A stretch of 64,000 bases of DNA, taken from contig NW_015169205.1 of NCBI RefSeq assembly GCF_001447785.1, forward strand, positions 281,420 to 345,419, in the 5' to 3' direction. The stretch is from Gekko japonicus (lineage: Eukaryota). The position numbers and the translations under genes were made by a program. Positions 1 through 12,715 of this stretch are shown one piece after another (position 1 is the stretch's first letter; each line of letters opens with the position of its first letter). The notes beneath the pieces were generated by a model, which saw only the letters and a list, made by a program, of their open reading frames with translations, searched no databases and had not been told where the DNA came from.

Positions 1-873
1 TGTGCTCCACGCCCATCTCGTAAACCTTTCTGTGTCTTCCTGTTATCAGTCACTGAGTTACAACTTAGCTGTAAATCTAAGTAAGTTCAGAAACCTCTTT
101 CTTCTTCCAATCTGTTCAAAAATTATAGGGGTGGTCAGACATGTTCTGGAAATTAAATGAACAGCAAGTTGAGGCAGGAGAAAGTGCCTTCAACCGACAA
201 GAATACTAGTGGCAACAGTACTAAAGGAGAGGGAGAAGAAAGTGTGCCTGCTGAATTAAATTATGGTGATTTACAGGAAAGAGGGAAGTTTCCCTGACAA
301 GAATTCATTTATGTACAGTACTTTGAGGATCACACTGTTCCCTCCATTGTAAAAACTGTCCATTCACTCCAATCCCCTGTGGCTGTCTCTTAGTTACCAA
401 TCAATTACTGGTTATGAATTCTTGCCCACAACGACAATATTATATTTTCCTAAGAGCCTTTGATGGTGGCCTTGTCAAAAACTGCTAAAAAATCCCAAGT
501 AAATAAGGTAGATCCAATAATTCTGTGCAAGGTGTTTTCCTGCACTCTTCTGTGTTCCAGCAGCCCCTTTCGACTTCCATAAAAATAATTCCCAGTGTCA
601 AAGGACACCTGGGGAGGAAGAACTCATCTGTTTCTGACCACAATTCAAAGTACTGGTTCTTACCTTTAAGACCCAGAATAACTTGAAGCCACAGTACCTG
701 AAGAGCTTGTTGGGAAATGGACTAATTTATGGTTTTATATCTGCTACACACACAACACATGGACTGTGCACACATTTGTATACCATGAGCCAAAGGAAGC
801 TGTTTGCATCACCTACTGTGAGAGAGAGATTTCACATAGGGAACGCTTGCCTGCATTTTATGTTAATGTAGCT

Positions 874-1857
874 TGCACACATTCAGCAGGGCATTATGGG
901 TAGAAGAAGCACATGTTAGCCATTGTGAGCAAAGAACAACAACCAAGAGGAAGAAATCCCCCATTACTGAAAAGACTGGATGTCACGCAGGACACGGACC
1001 TGATATGCATCTGAATTGCTGTTTCCTGTCGATGGTATCTTGTCAGCCTGGTAAAGCCAAGATTCATCAGCACAACAAAGAGATGTCCTGAAGCTGAGAC
1101 TTCACACATGGCCAAATGGCATTCCATGAGATAGAGTGTAGTATTTCAAATATTGGCCAAACCCATAGAATACCTGCCCCTTTCCACATGCACCAATAGG
1201 GAAAAGCTATGGGATGGACTTGTACGTAGGTGGGATTGCAGTTTGGCAAGGTGCCATCCACCTGGAGTTTCAACTATAAAACACAAAGACCATGCTTTAG
1301 GGGCTGGGCTAGCCACATTTTACCATCAACACAAAGACTTCTGCAAGTCTTCTGGCTAGCCACATTCTACTACCCCCCCCCCTTCCTGCTTTAAAACTCT
1401 TTGTCTTTACCGGATCTCTTTGGGATGCGCAGCCAAAGAGATCCACTTACACACACGCACATACACTTGACCAGCTGGTTCTGGAACAGTGTGATGTCGG
1501 TAAAACTTCTAGACAATGTTTTCTGTCCCTTTATTCTTCATTGCAACAGACAGGACTTCTGAAACAGGCAAGTATGGACCGAAATAGCTTCCTACCTACC
1601 TCCTAAGTAACTAAACTATTTTATTTCTATTTCTGTAACTCTAAAGGAACCTTGAGTGTATGCGAATTGCGAGACTGATGTTTTTGTATGTGTAACTTTT
1701 GATATCCTTCAGTAAAAAGATTATTTGTTTTGGAAAAACACCCGTGTGGTCTCCATTACTGGAACTCTGGGTTCAGACATGACCTTGGTATAGCTGGCCA
1801 GGACTCATGTTAAAAATTTAGTTAGCCTCTGCTGTGAATAAAGCAGTTGGCGTAACA
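874..1857 (+). mobile_element. Putative solo LTR (5' boundary uncertain)
   Basis: Ends ...cgtaaca, agtaaa at ~1711, possible TSD AGCT. Confidence 0.35.
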
Positions 1858-2905
1858 AGCTACCTCCTCCCTATAGTCCAGCTCACCAGCTAAAGTCTTC
1901 CTTGCAAGCCCTGCTTGCTGTGCCCCTGCCTTCAGAGGTGAGGCAGATGGTAACGAGAGATGGGGCATTTGTGGAATTCACCCAAAGGCTTGCTTGGAAT
2001 TTACATTAATCTCTTTCAGGAATCAGGCCAAAAAAAAATTCTTTGTAACCCAGGCAGGATTTTAATACTGGGTCTTAATTAACAATGTTTCTTCTGCATT
2101 ATGTTTTTATTATGTTTTATTTTATAAGCCGTCTGCAACAGGTTCCTGGAGAGGGAGCATGAACATATACCAAAATTAAAAAAAAATAGATGTAAGTTAG
2201 GAGGGGTGAAGTGAGAAAAGACAAAGGGATGAAATTACTCTGCTTCCCTATTCCAAAAGCACAGCTTTGCTGAGGAAATAATTAATTCCATCCCCTTATC
2301 CATCCTAAACCCAGTCCACTGATCCCACTGCTATTCCTCTGCATGAATCCTATGAATCCAGGACATATCTTTCTGGAGACATAAGAACATAAGGAAAGCG
2401 CTTTTGGATCAGACTAGTGGTCCATCTAGTCCAGCATCCAACCTCACATAGTGGCCAACCAGTTACTAAGGAGGGCTAACAACAGGGCATATAGGCCTTC
2501 CCTGATGTTGCCTCCTACCACTAGTATTCAGAGGTTTACAGCATCAGAATTTGCAGGTTTCTGTTTGTTACCATAGCTACTAGCTACTGATAGACCTGTC
2601 CTCCATGAATCTGTCTAATCCCCTTTTAAATCTGTATATGCCTCTGGCCATCATGACATCCCCTGTCAGTGATTTCCACATTTTAATCATTCATTGAGAA
2701 AAGAAATATTTCCTTTTGTCCATACTGAATCTATTGCCCATCAACTTCATTGCCCTCTATTATTTTAGGAGAGGGAGAAAATGTTCTCTCTGACCACTCT
2801 CTCTATCCCACGCATAATTTTATAAACCTCTGTCATGTGTGTCCCCCCCCGTTGTCTCTTTTTAAAAATAAAATGTCACAGACTCCTCAGCCTTTCCTTG
2901 TAGGA

Positions 2906-3197
2906 TAGGGTTGCCAAGTGCTTACCTGTTCCGGAGTGGAGGAGTTCAGCCTTGCTCCAGGAGTCTTCGCGCGTGTGCGCCGCAAGCACGTCACACGGAA
3001 GTGACGCAAGCACGTCGGGGACGTTGGGAGAGGGGCTGATTGTGGCCCCGCCCCAAACATCCCTGACATGCTTGCGTCACTTCCATGTGACGTGCTTTGG
3101 GGGTGGGGTTCCGCCCGGGGGCCCGATCCGCCGCCGGCGGGAAACGGGCCTCCCGGGCAGGGGTTTCCCCACCCCCCGGGGGGACTTGGCATCCCTA
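2906..3197. mobile_element. CpG-rich TAGGGTTGCC-TIR MITE (hAT Blackjack-like)
   Basis: TSD TTGTAGGA; relatives at 4805-5154, 58073-58403, 60114-60511 and partial 6398-6540. Confidence 0.88.
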
Positions 3198-3273
3198 TTG
3201 TAGGAACAGTGCTCCAGCCCTTTAATAATCTTGGTTGCCCTCTTCTGTATTTTTTTCCAAATCTGCAATGTCT

Positions 3274-4770
3274 ATCTATCACTGCTCATACAGCTATAAC
3301 CTTGATAAAAAAATAACAAAATAAAATAATGCCTTACTAGATATTCTTCTGCTGCTGTTTAATTATTGCCCTTAATTTTTTTGCCACAGACAGAGTAACA
3401 GAATCATTTGTATCTGATAATAACCACATCAGGTGCCTCTTTAGACCTTTCCATCATTTGGAGTAAAGGAGTAATTAAACTGGCCCTCAACTCATTAAAT
3501 ATAGAACACTCCATAATTAAATATAGAACACTCAATAGTTTCAACTGTATCAGATGAGCATCTACATATTCCATTTGTACATGGCACTTTTTAATAATTA
3601 CCCTCCAAGACTGCCAATGGAAGAGAATTCATTCTGGCCAAAGTAAAAACTCTTCTAAGCTTTGATATTGTTAACTGATAAAAGTACTTCAGCAGTCGCA
3701 TCGGGAGGGCAATACCTAAATAAGACAATGAGCATACCCTGCGGGCACTGACACATGTGCTGTTAATATCCAATTTCTTAACATACAATTTAATTAGCAT
3801 AATTATTTCTTTGGTCTCCATGATCTTCACCATATCATTTGTTATACTTAGAGATTTCATTTTCTTTTTCAATAGTTGATTCCATTGGCTGTTTTATGCA
3901 TCTGCTTGTAAAAGTCCAAGAGGATAGGCCCTCCTTCAGATTTTAAGGTCTTAACTTTCAAAAGAAATGCTTTAATCCATGCCTTAGCCTCCATCGATGA
4001 TTCACCCAATTCAGCTCTCAGTGCTATATGCGAAACAAATCTGGGGGTAGCCAATATGCTCCAGAAAAAAATCATATTGAATGGAATCCACTGTCTCAGA
4101 GACAGAGTCTATCCAAATTTCCACACCATATAAGTAATGATTTGTTACTTTAACAAAGGAGATTATACATGTATAAATCATAAAGGGGCAAGCGTAATGG
4201 ATTACTTTGTCGCTTCTGTTGATCTTTTTAAAAGAGTTGAAACTCTGGAAGTAATGGATTATTTTGGGTGGTGACCATTATCCTGTGCATCTATCATTAC
4301 ACCTACAAACTTGTTATTCTTCACCCCTCATAATGGAAACAGCCGAAGTACACACCCACAAGAGCATAAAGATGGTGTGAAGCTATAGAAGAGAAGGTGA
4401 AAGTACAGATGAATCTGATAATATATGGGTTCTGAAGTACGCAAGAACATGGGAAATATGCAGCTCTTTACTGAATTAATTGACTCTTTTCAGCCTGTGT
4501 TAGTAACAGACGGAATAAAGTCCAAGAGATAGCGTATACCCGACAGAAATATTTGGTTTGATACTGACTGTAAGGCTCTCAAAAGAGCAATTAGGAACCT
4601 GCGCAGACAGTTTAAAAATACAAACAGAACAGATATTGCCAAGTATTTTGTAACTGAAAAGAGAATATAACAAATATTGAACACTAAGGAAGCTCGATGC
4701 CCCCAAAAATGAATGGGATCATTTATTATGGGCCGTAAAAAAAAACAAAAAAGACAAAATCTTTTTGACT
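3274..4770. mobile_element. RTE-X-like LINE insertion with 5' inversion
   Basis: 12-bp TSD TCTGCAATGTCT (3262-3273, 4771-4782). The minus arm encodes the ORF2 C-terminus (ALRAELG, FTLARMNSLPLAV); the plus arm from ~4155 encodes EN motifs (GDYTCINHKGASVMDY, GDHYPV) and WFDTDCK. Confidence 0.7.
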
Positions 4771-4804
4771 TCTGCAATGTCTTTTTTAAGATATGGCTAC
4801 CAGA

Positions 4805-5154
4805 TAGGGCTGCCAAGTGGGGGCAGGTGGCGGGTAAACCCCCGCTTTGGAGGCCCGATTTCCTCCGCCCCCACGGAATCGGGCCCCGGGGGAACCCTGC
4901 CCCCTGAAGCGCAGCATGGCTGCGTCACCAGAGGTGACACAACCACGTAGAGCACATTGGGGCCGTGGCCCCGATCAGCAGAGGGAAAACTCTATGGTAT
5001 TCCCTCTGCCGATTGGGGCCACACCCCCAACGTGCTCTACGCCGTGCGTCACTTCCTGTGACGTGCAGGCGGCACGCGCGTGCACATCCCGCAGCGACTC
5101 CCGGAGCCCAGGGACAGTCCCCCGTCGGTGAGTATAAACGACTTGGCAACCCTA
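4805..5154. mobile_element. CpG-rich TAGGGTTGCC-TIR MITE
   Basis: TSD CTACCAGA/TTACCAGA. Confidence 0.85.
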
Positions 5155-5601
5155 TTACCAGAACTACACTCAGTATTCCAAAAGGAGACTGCACCATAGA
5201 GCTATACAGGGGCACTATAGTATTGGCTGTTTTATTTTCAATCATCCCATCATAGAGTTTGCCTTTGTTCACTGCTGTGGCACTCTGGGTTGACGTTTTC
5301 ATCGAGCTATCCACTATAACCCCAAGGTCAGATCCGATTAACATATACTTATTTTTTTGTCACAGTGTACGTCACCTTACACTTACCTACAATTCATTTC
5401 CCACATTTTTGCGCACTTATCAAACTTGTGAAATCCTCCTTGAGCTCTTCACACTCGGCCTTGGTTTTCAGCATCCTGAATAATTTTGTATCATCTGCAA
5501 ACTTGGTCACTACATTATTCACCCCTCATTCCAGCTCATTTGTGAACAAATTAAATAGCACTGGCTCCAATACTGATTCTTGTGGGACCCCATGGCTTAC
5601 T

Positions 5602-7940
5602 TTGTATTTAATTTATTTATTAGATTTTTTTAGTCACCACTTATCCAAAGGGTCTCATGGTGATTTACAACATTAAAACCAATAAGTTAAAAACAAAATA
5701 AAAACAAATTTAAAATATTAACATTAAAATATTAAAATACATGGCTATCACCAAACCACTATTAAAACAGCCCAAATATGTGGTTACCCTCCCCTCCAAA
5801 GCCCCCCCCCCAAAAGAGGGGGGGGAATCTAAACCAACGAAGCACAAACCTCCTAAGAAAGTTTAGAAAACTAAAGAGGGGCAAAAGTTAAAAACATACT
5901 AAGTGTAAAATAGTGTTTATTACAAAGACATATAAAAACCTAGTTACATATTTATGGCACATTGTCCCTGACAATGCAATTCTATTTGCACTCTAGGACC
6001 TAAAGGTACATAATATTTTCAGTTCATACAACAACTTCTGACACAAAGCCAGATATATTTGTGGCCCCAAATAGAAACTTTTTGGTGTGTCATTCAATTC
6101 CATATTGGAACATTCCAATCAAGCTGTTCGGGCTATGAGGAGTTGTACCGTGTCAGAAGAAGTCGATTGAAGAGCTGAATAAACTTGAGTTTTGCTGAAT
6201 CACTCTCTGACTATTATTGTTAAGCACGGACTTAACAATGGACCAATAGGAAAAGAGGAGGACTGGGAATAAAAGTCCTGGAGCAGCAGGAAGAGCTGTT
6301 CTTTCTTCCAGAGGGCAGAGCCACCACCCCCTGTATTTGTATCCATATATAGGGGGCAGAGGCAGAGCCTGAAGGAAGGCTGCTGCAGGGGGGAGACTAG
6401 GCTTGCCAAGTCCCCCCAGGGGGCAGGGAAACCCCCACCCCAGAGGCCCGTTCCCCACCGCTGGCGGATCGGGCCCTGGGGGGAACTCCACCCCGACGAG
6501 CACATCGCCCAGAAGTGACGCAGGCACGCCGGGGGCAGGGCCATGGTCATCCTGAGGACAGGGTGAGTAGTGTAAGGCCACCTGAGATAGTGAGCTAGCA
6601 ACAGTGTATATTTAGACGCATTAGGGCATTTGATTTCTTTTCTTTTCACCCACTTAGTTATTATTCTGCACCTTGTTGTTTTACCTCGTTTTACTCTGCC
6701 TGGTCCTCACGCCTGTTATTCAGCCTAAAGGGAGGTCTGAAGGTCTTGGGAGGGTACTCTGGGCCTTCTCAAAGGAACCTAAATCCAGAGTGGTGGCAGT
6801 GTCAGGTGACACCCCATTTGAGTCATGACAGGGCCCCTACTAGGTTTTTATATGTCTTTGTAATAAACAATATTTTACACTTATGTTTTTAACTTTTGGC
6901 CCTCTGTTAGTTTTCTAAACTTCCTTAGGAGGATTACCCTCCAAAGGCCAACATAAACAATTCAGCTTTGCATGCCCTGCAGAAACTAAACAGTAGGGCA
7001 CGGGAGTCAACTGAGAATACATTCCACAGGAAAGGAGCCACAACTGAGAAGGTCTTCCTCCTGTGACAGCTAATCAAGCCATCCTGGGGGCAGGCACTTG
7101 CAAGAGGCCCCTAGATGATGAACAAAGGGAGCATGGGGGGTTGTAATGGGAAAGGTGGTCCCGTAGGTATGAGGGTCCCAGATCACTGAAGATTTTAAAG
7201 GTTAACACCAACACCTTGAATTGGATCTGAAGTCTAATTGGTAGTTAGTACAGCTGCCACAGAATTGGAGTAATATGAGTTGACCATGATGTTCCAGTCA
7301 GCAACTTGGTAGCTGCATTCTGGACCACCAGCAGTTTTCAAAGCTTTTTCAAGGGTAGCTCTACATAGAGCGAATTGCAGTAGTCTAATCTGGAGGTGAA
7401 CATTGCATGGGTCAATATGGCAAGGTCTCACATAGGCAAATAAGGAGCCAGCTGGTAGGCCTGGTGTAGGTGAAAAACCCCCAACCATGCTACCATGGAC
7501 ACTTGTTTATCCAATGATAGCAAAGAATCCAACCACACCCTGAGGCTCTTTACAGAGTCTACAGTGGTCAACTGGTCACCATCGAGTCTTGGGAGTGACC
7601 CTCCAGCTAGCATCTCAGTTCCCAGCCACATGACCCCCATCTTCGATGAATTCAACTTCAGCCACCTCCCCCTTAACAACTGGACTACCACATCCTGGCA
7701 CTCGGATAGTGCTGAAAGCCCTGCTGCCAGCTGCTTATCCAGCAGAAGGAAGAGCTGAGTGTCATCAGCATACTGATGTCACCCAACTCCAAACCTCTTG
7801 ACAATCTTGGCAAGAGGATGCATATATATGTTAAATAACATTGGAGAGAGGATCAAACCCTGTAGGACCCCACAATTCAGGTCTCATGGGGAAGACCTCT
7901 CCTCCCCAATAGCAACCCTTCAAGAGCATCCCTGGAGGAA
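5602..7940 (-). mobile_element. L2 LINE 3' half (interrupted ~5800-6933)
   Basis: GVLQGLILSPMLFNIYM..QYADDTQL and LKLN..K motifs at 7.4-7.9 kb; (ATTT)-type tail near 5605. Confidence 0.8.
5849..6932. repeat. ~95-bp inverted repeat pair (5849-5944 / 6839-6932) enclosing an LTR-like segment (~6151-6830)
   Basis: cctcctaagaaagtttagaaaactaa...aaaacctagt is the reverse complement (with mismatches) of actaggttttt...ttccttaggagg; the inner segment is tgtca...tgaca. Confidence 0.7.
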
Positions 7941-7977
7941 TAAGAAGGGTCTCAATCCAGGAAAACCTGTTCACTCA

Positions 7978-8132
7978 GACCGATTTCTCACAAGCAACTG
8001 CGCTGTTCTCGCTCTTTCCTTTCCTCCAATTGGATTTGTCAATTTCCCACTACTTGCTGCGTATTATATTGACGAATATAATCGGGGGAAGCGAAGAGCG
8101 AGGGCAGCACAGCTGCTTGTGGGAAATCGGTC
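7978..8132. mobile_element. Palindromic MITE with 3-bp TSD (PIF/Harbinger-like)
   Basis: gaccgatttctcacaagc...gcttgtgggaaatcggtc; TSD TCA. Confidence 0.7.
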
Positions 8133-9099
8133 TCAGTTACCTACCCCAAAAAGGTAGATTAGACACTGGGCTGTAATTGGCCAGCTCCTTTTTATAAGAG
8201 GATTTCTTTAGCAAAGATCTAATAATCGCCTCCTTAAGGGAGCTGGGGAAACAGCCCTGTGAGAGAGACAAATTAATAATCTTGTCTCAAAAGGCTACTT
8301 ACCATGATTTTACCAGCCACAAGGGGCAAGGATCCAAGGAGCAGATAGCTGGCTATACAGCTGTCAGGATCTTATCAACATCTGCAAGAGTGAGCTGGCC
8401 AAAAGAGTCCAACCCCCCCCCAAATCCTGTCCATTTACGCCAACTCTCTGATTCCTGTTCTTTATTCAATTTTTAATGCAAAAGAGGTCCTGTCCTCTTA
8501 TCCCATGACTACTAAGATTACTCAGGAGTCTTTGGTGAGGTACCTTGCCAAAAGTCCTGGGCTTCTGGGGTGGGGCAGAGAGGCATGGAATCGGAAATGA
8601 AGATGCCTGTGTTAGACAGAGCTGGGGCCAAGGCTCCATGGAAATAAAGAGGCATAGTCTTCAACATCTGCTCTCAACTTTATTGAGTTTGCCAAGTTAG
8701 ACAGCATCCCCTCTGTGCCCCAGGTAGTTCACAGTACTCCAAGGTTTGCATCCCCATTTCACACATGCTCCCCTCTCTGGCTAAGTCCCTGGCTGCCTCC
8801 CAGCTTCATTGTACCACTGCCTTAACAACCTGGCCCAGTAAGTAGCCTCACCCTTCCACCCTGGCCTTCTGTCCCTCTGACTGTTGGTCCCAATTTGCCC
8901 TTGGCCCTAACGATACTCCTTCCCCTTGCACAGCTGTGCCAGGAATCAGCCAGCCAGCTGTGCCCAGCAGTGGGCATCTGTGGCCACATCCTTTTTCCAG
9001 GATGCCTACCTGCACCAGCTTCAGGTCATGTCCAGTTTGTCTCACTGTCAAGATCTGGCCCCTCATCCCCTCCAGTTGGCTCCAGTCCTCTTGGGCTGC

Positions 9100-11050
9100 C
9101 ATACCAAGTATATAATATGTATCGGTTCACTGTTATTTACATGTTTGTTCACTTTCTTAAAGAACAGCAAAAGGTTGGTGACGCGGCACTTCCCTTTGCA
9201 GAAGCCATGCTGATTTCCCCTCAGCAGAATGTTCCTTTATTTTTATTTATTTATTTAGTAAATTACATTTGCTAGGCTACTCTTCTCTACAGGTAGGGCT
9301 CAGGAAGGCTTATAACAGAGTAATAAAGTTCTTTAGTTTAAAACAACATTAAAACCAGTTAAAAACAGGTCAATAAATAGAAACAAAATACAGAACCAAA
9401 ACCTTGAACCTAATGATTTCGTCTTCAATTACAGTTTCTACTAATTTGTCTGGGACAGACACTAGGCTAACCGGCCTATAATTGCCCAGTTTCCCTCAGA
9501 ACTCCTCTTTTTTTAAAAAAACCAGTGTAACAATTGCTACTGTTCTGATAGAATGGCTGATTTTAGAGACAAGTTACATATACTGGTTAGTAGATCAATA
9601 ATCTGACATTTGAGTTCCATAAGAACCCTTTCTTATATATCATCAGGACCTGGCAACTTACTGGTTTTTAATTTCCCCAGATTTCCTGCTCTGGATAAAT
9701 TTAAATAAATGTTTATTGTTTACCTTGATGCTTCTAGCAATCCATGACTCGGATTCCTTTTTGCATGTCTAATTATTAACTTATACTTCGGTTCACTAGG
9801 GCAGTCATTTCACTTTTATGGCTTCCTGCATGTGTTGTTAACTATGTAGGCATCAAGGTTCCCTCTAAGCTGTGGAGTGAGCAAAAATCCTACTTTGTGA
9901 GCTGCTGGCATTAAAGTTGTGAGCGGGTGATGTGGCTACTGCATAAATTAGCTTGCTCTGGAGCCATCCTTCCTGAGCTGAGACAAAAATGTGTGAGCCG
10001 GAGGCTAAAAAACTGTGAGCTAGCTCACACTAACTCAGCTTAGAGGGAACACTGGTAGGCATCCCCTTAGACTCAGCAGTACCTTCCCTGCATTCTATCT
10101 GGGCCATGGGGTCGCAAAGAGTCGGACTCGACTGTGCGACTGAACAACAACAACAACAAAAGTGAAGTATTAAATAGCTTCCAAGCATCCTGTAGGAACC
10201 TGACTCTCTTTCAGCTTCCTTCTAACTTGAAATCAAATGTTACTGTTTTGGTTGTTAGGGGTAACTTTTCATTGGAATGCATGCTGAACTTAACTGCATT
10301 GTGTCACTATTCCCAACTGGTGAACAACCTCTACACCTTGCACCAGTTTTCCAGCCCCCGTTGAAAACAAAGTCCAAGATCTCTGCCGCTCTGCTTGGGA
10401 CCGTGACCACTTGTTCCATGCATAGTCATTTACAATGTCTAGGAAGCTCATTTCTATAGCATGACTCAAGTACATATTCACCAAGTCAATGAGAGAGTAG
10501 TTCAGGTCAGCCAGTACAGCAACATTATCTGCTTCAGCCACCTTCTTTATTTCCTTCTCTATCTAAAGATTTGCCACAAGGGTTTGATCAGGTGGGTGAT
10601 AGTACATCTCTACACTTAAGTAATTCTTAGGGCCCAGTATCTCCACCAGTACCACTTTTGTTGAGGAGTTCATTCCCCTAATATTTTCTAATGTATTTGA
10701 CTCTGTGTCCTCTTTGATATACAACACAACACCTCCCTGTCCTGCCTATAGAGCTTATACCCAGGGATGACTGTATCCCATTGATTTTCTCCATTTTCCA
10801 CCATGTTTCTGAAACATCTACTGTATCTAAATTGCCATTTAACATCGAGCACTCCCGCTTCCCCTTCTTTACTTGGAGGCTTCTATCACTGGCATATAGA
10901 CATCTATAAAGGGTTTCTGTCTCCAACAACCTTCACCTCTGTGGGCCCTCTTTTTCCCACACATGGCCCTCCTCTGCCATCCTATTCTCACTTCCAAGTT
11001 TTACTGCACTCCTACCAATTCTACCTTAGTTAACATAACAAAGCAGTGTT
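9100..11050 (-). mobile_element. Old CR1 LINE fragments (EN to RT) with nested insertions
   Basis: QHGFCKGK..TNLL near 9200, ILDFVFNG / DLNYSLID EN-like motifs near 10.3-10.5 kb, VSETWW near 10810. Confidence 0.7.
9854..10054. mobile_element. hAT MITE family A (CAGTGTTCCCTCTAAGCTG TIR), copy 1
   Basis: TSD GTAGGCAT on both sides. Confidence 0.9.
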
Positions 11051-11079
11051 TAGAGAAATATGAGTGGGATTCTTCTACT

Positions 11080-11336
11080 CGGGAAGGTGGGGTAGGGCTG
11101 AGTCGTTATCTTGCAGGAGTTTCCCAGGCTGTTTTCCTGAGTAGATATAAATTACCTGCCTACTATTTTTCTTCTCACATTGACACAGAGAGTATTCCAT
11201 CTTTCTGTGTTATACCTCTGAAGATTCCAGTCACAGCGGCTGGCAAAACATCAAGTACTACAATGCCAAGAACATGGCCATACAGACCAGAAATTCTACA
11301 ACAACTAATGAACTCCGGCCATGAGAGCCTTTGACA
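11080..11336 (+). mobile_element. Penelope-like element end with degenerate hammerhead core
   Basis: ctctgaagattccag..ctggcaaaacatc..gccatacagacc..ccggccatgagagcctttgacaa resembles squamate Penelope pLTR ends as recalled. Confidence 0.6.
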
Positions 11337-12131
11337 AAATATCTCTCTTCACCATTATGCAACATATATGAGTTTTTTGAGTTAATTTATTCACTTAACA
11401 TATGTAATCCTGTCTTTCTCCACACAGCAGACTCAAAGTTGTTTACAACAATAAATTTAAATACATCATAACCATTAAACATTGATACTTAAATAGCTAC
11501 ACTGAAAAGATTGAGCCATACTTCAAACTACCACTTAAGAGCTCTTGTGAACTACTGTATAAGAACTCATTAGTAGAGTTTTCTTATTTCCCCAAATACC
11601 CTTGGTTGACCTCTGCCTCTAACCTTTACAACCTTACTCTCCTGCTTCCTCCATTCCATGACTGTCTCTGAGGGATGCCAGACTCCAGGTGGGGCCTGGG
11701 GATCTCCCAGAATTACAACTTATCTTCAGACTACAGAGATCAGTTCCCCTGGAGAAAATGGATGCTTTGGAGGGTGGGACCATATGGCGTTGCATCCCTC
11801 TGAGGTCCCTGTCATCCCCAAGCTTCACACACAAATCTCCAGGAGATTCACAACCTAAACCTGGCCACCCTCCCCCTGTCCCCTGCCGGAAACCGGGAGG
11901 ACCTGGCAACCTTCTGCTGCGGCCCCTTCTCCTCTCTCCCCTCAGTTCCCTCTTTTATGTCACATAAACAAAATTCACCCTCCCCCAACTTTTTTTTGCT
12001 CAACAGACTTACTTTTTATTGGGCAACAATGCAAAAGCCTAAACAAAGCTCTCTGGTAGCATGGTTGTGGAAGCTGAAGCAAGGAAAGTGGCACAGACAG
12101 GAGTGAGACCTCCTTAAACGCACACCTTTCT

Positions 12132-12715
12132 ATCCAGGTGGGTAGCGGTGTTGCTCTGAAGCAGATGAACAAAATTTGGGTCCAGTGGTACCTTTAAGAC
12201 CAACAGAGTTTTATTCAAGAGAAAAAGGTACTTTTCTCCCTTTCTCACAATACAAGAACTCGTGGGCACTCCATGCAATTGCTGAGCGGTCGGGTTAGAA
12301 CGGATAAAAGGAAGTACTTCTTCACCCAAAGAGTGATTAACACTTGGAATTCACTGCCACAGGAAGTGGTGGCGGCTACAAGCATGGATGGCTTCAAAAG
12401 GGAATTAGATAAGCATATGGAGCAGAGGTCCATCAGTGGCTATTAGCCACAAGGTATAGATAGGGACTCTGGGGCAAGTGATGCTCTGTCATCTTGGTGC
12501 TTGGGGGGGGTCAACAGTGGGAGGGCTTCTAATGTCCTGGCCCCACTGGTGGACCTCCTGATGGCACCTGGTATTTCTGGCCATTGTGTGATACAGAGTG
12601 TTGGACTGGATGGGCCTTTGGCTTGATCCAACATTGGCATCTCTTATGTTCTTATGTTCTTATGTAACTTTGTTGAGCTTAAAGGTGCCACTGGACACAA
12701 TTCTTGTTCTACCTT
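12132..12715. mobile_element. Inverted Penelope-like end pair split by a CR1 3' end (12220-12665, +)
   Basis: tccagtggtacctttaag (~12180) is mirrored by cttaaaggtgccactgga (~12680); the CR1 segment ends in (ttatgttc)n. Confidence 0.7.

Larger units (their letters stand above)
2379..5600 (-). mobile_element. CR1 LINE 3' part, interrupted by two MITEs and an RTE-X-like insertion
   Basis: acataagaacataag tail at ~2379, EKIQKRATKIIKGLEH-like segment, KFADDTKL-like coding near 5490. Confidence 0.8.
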
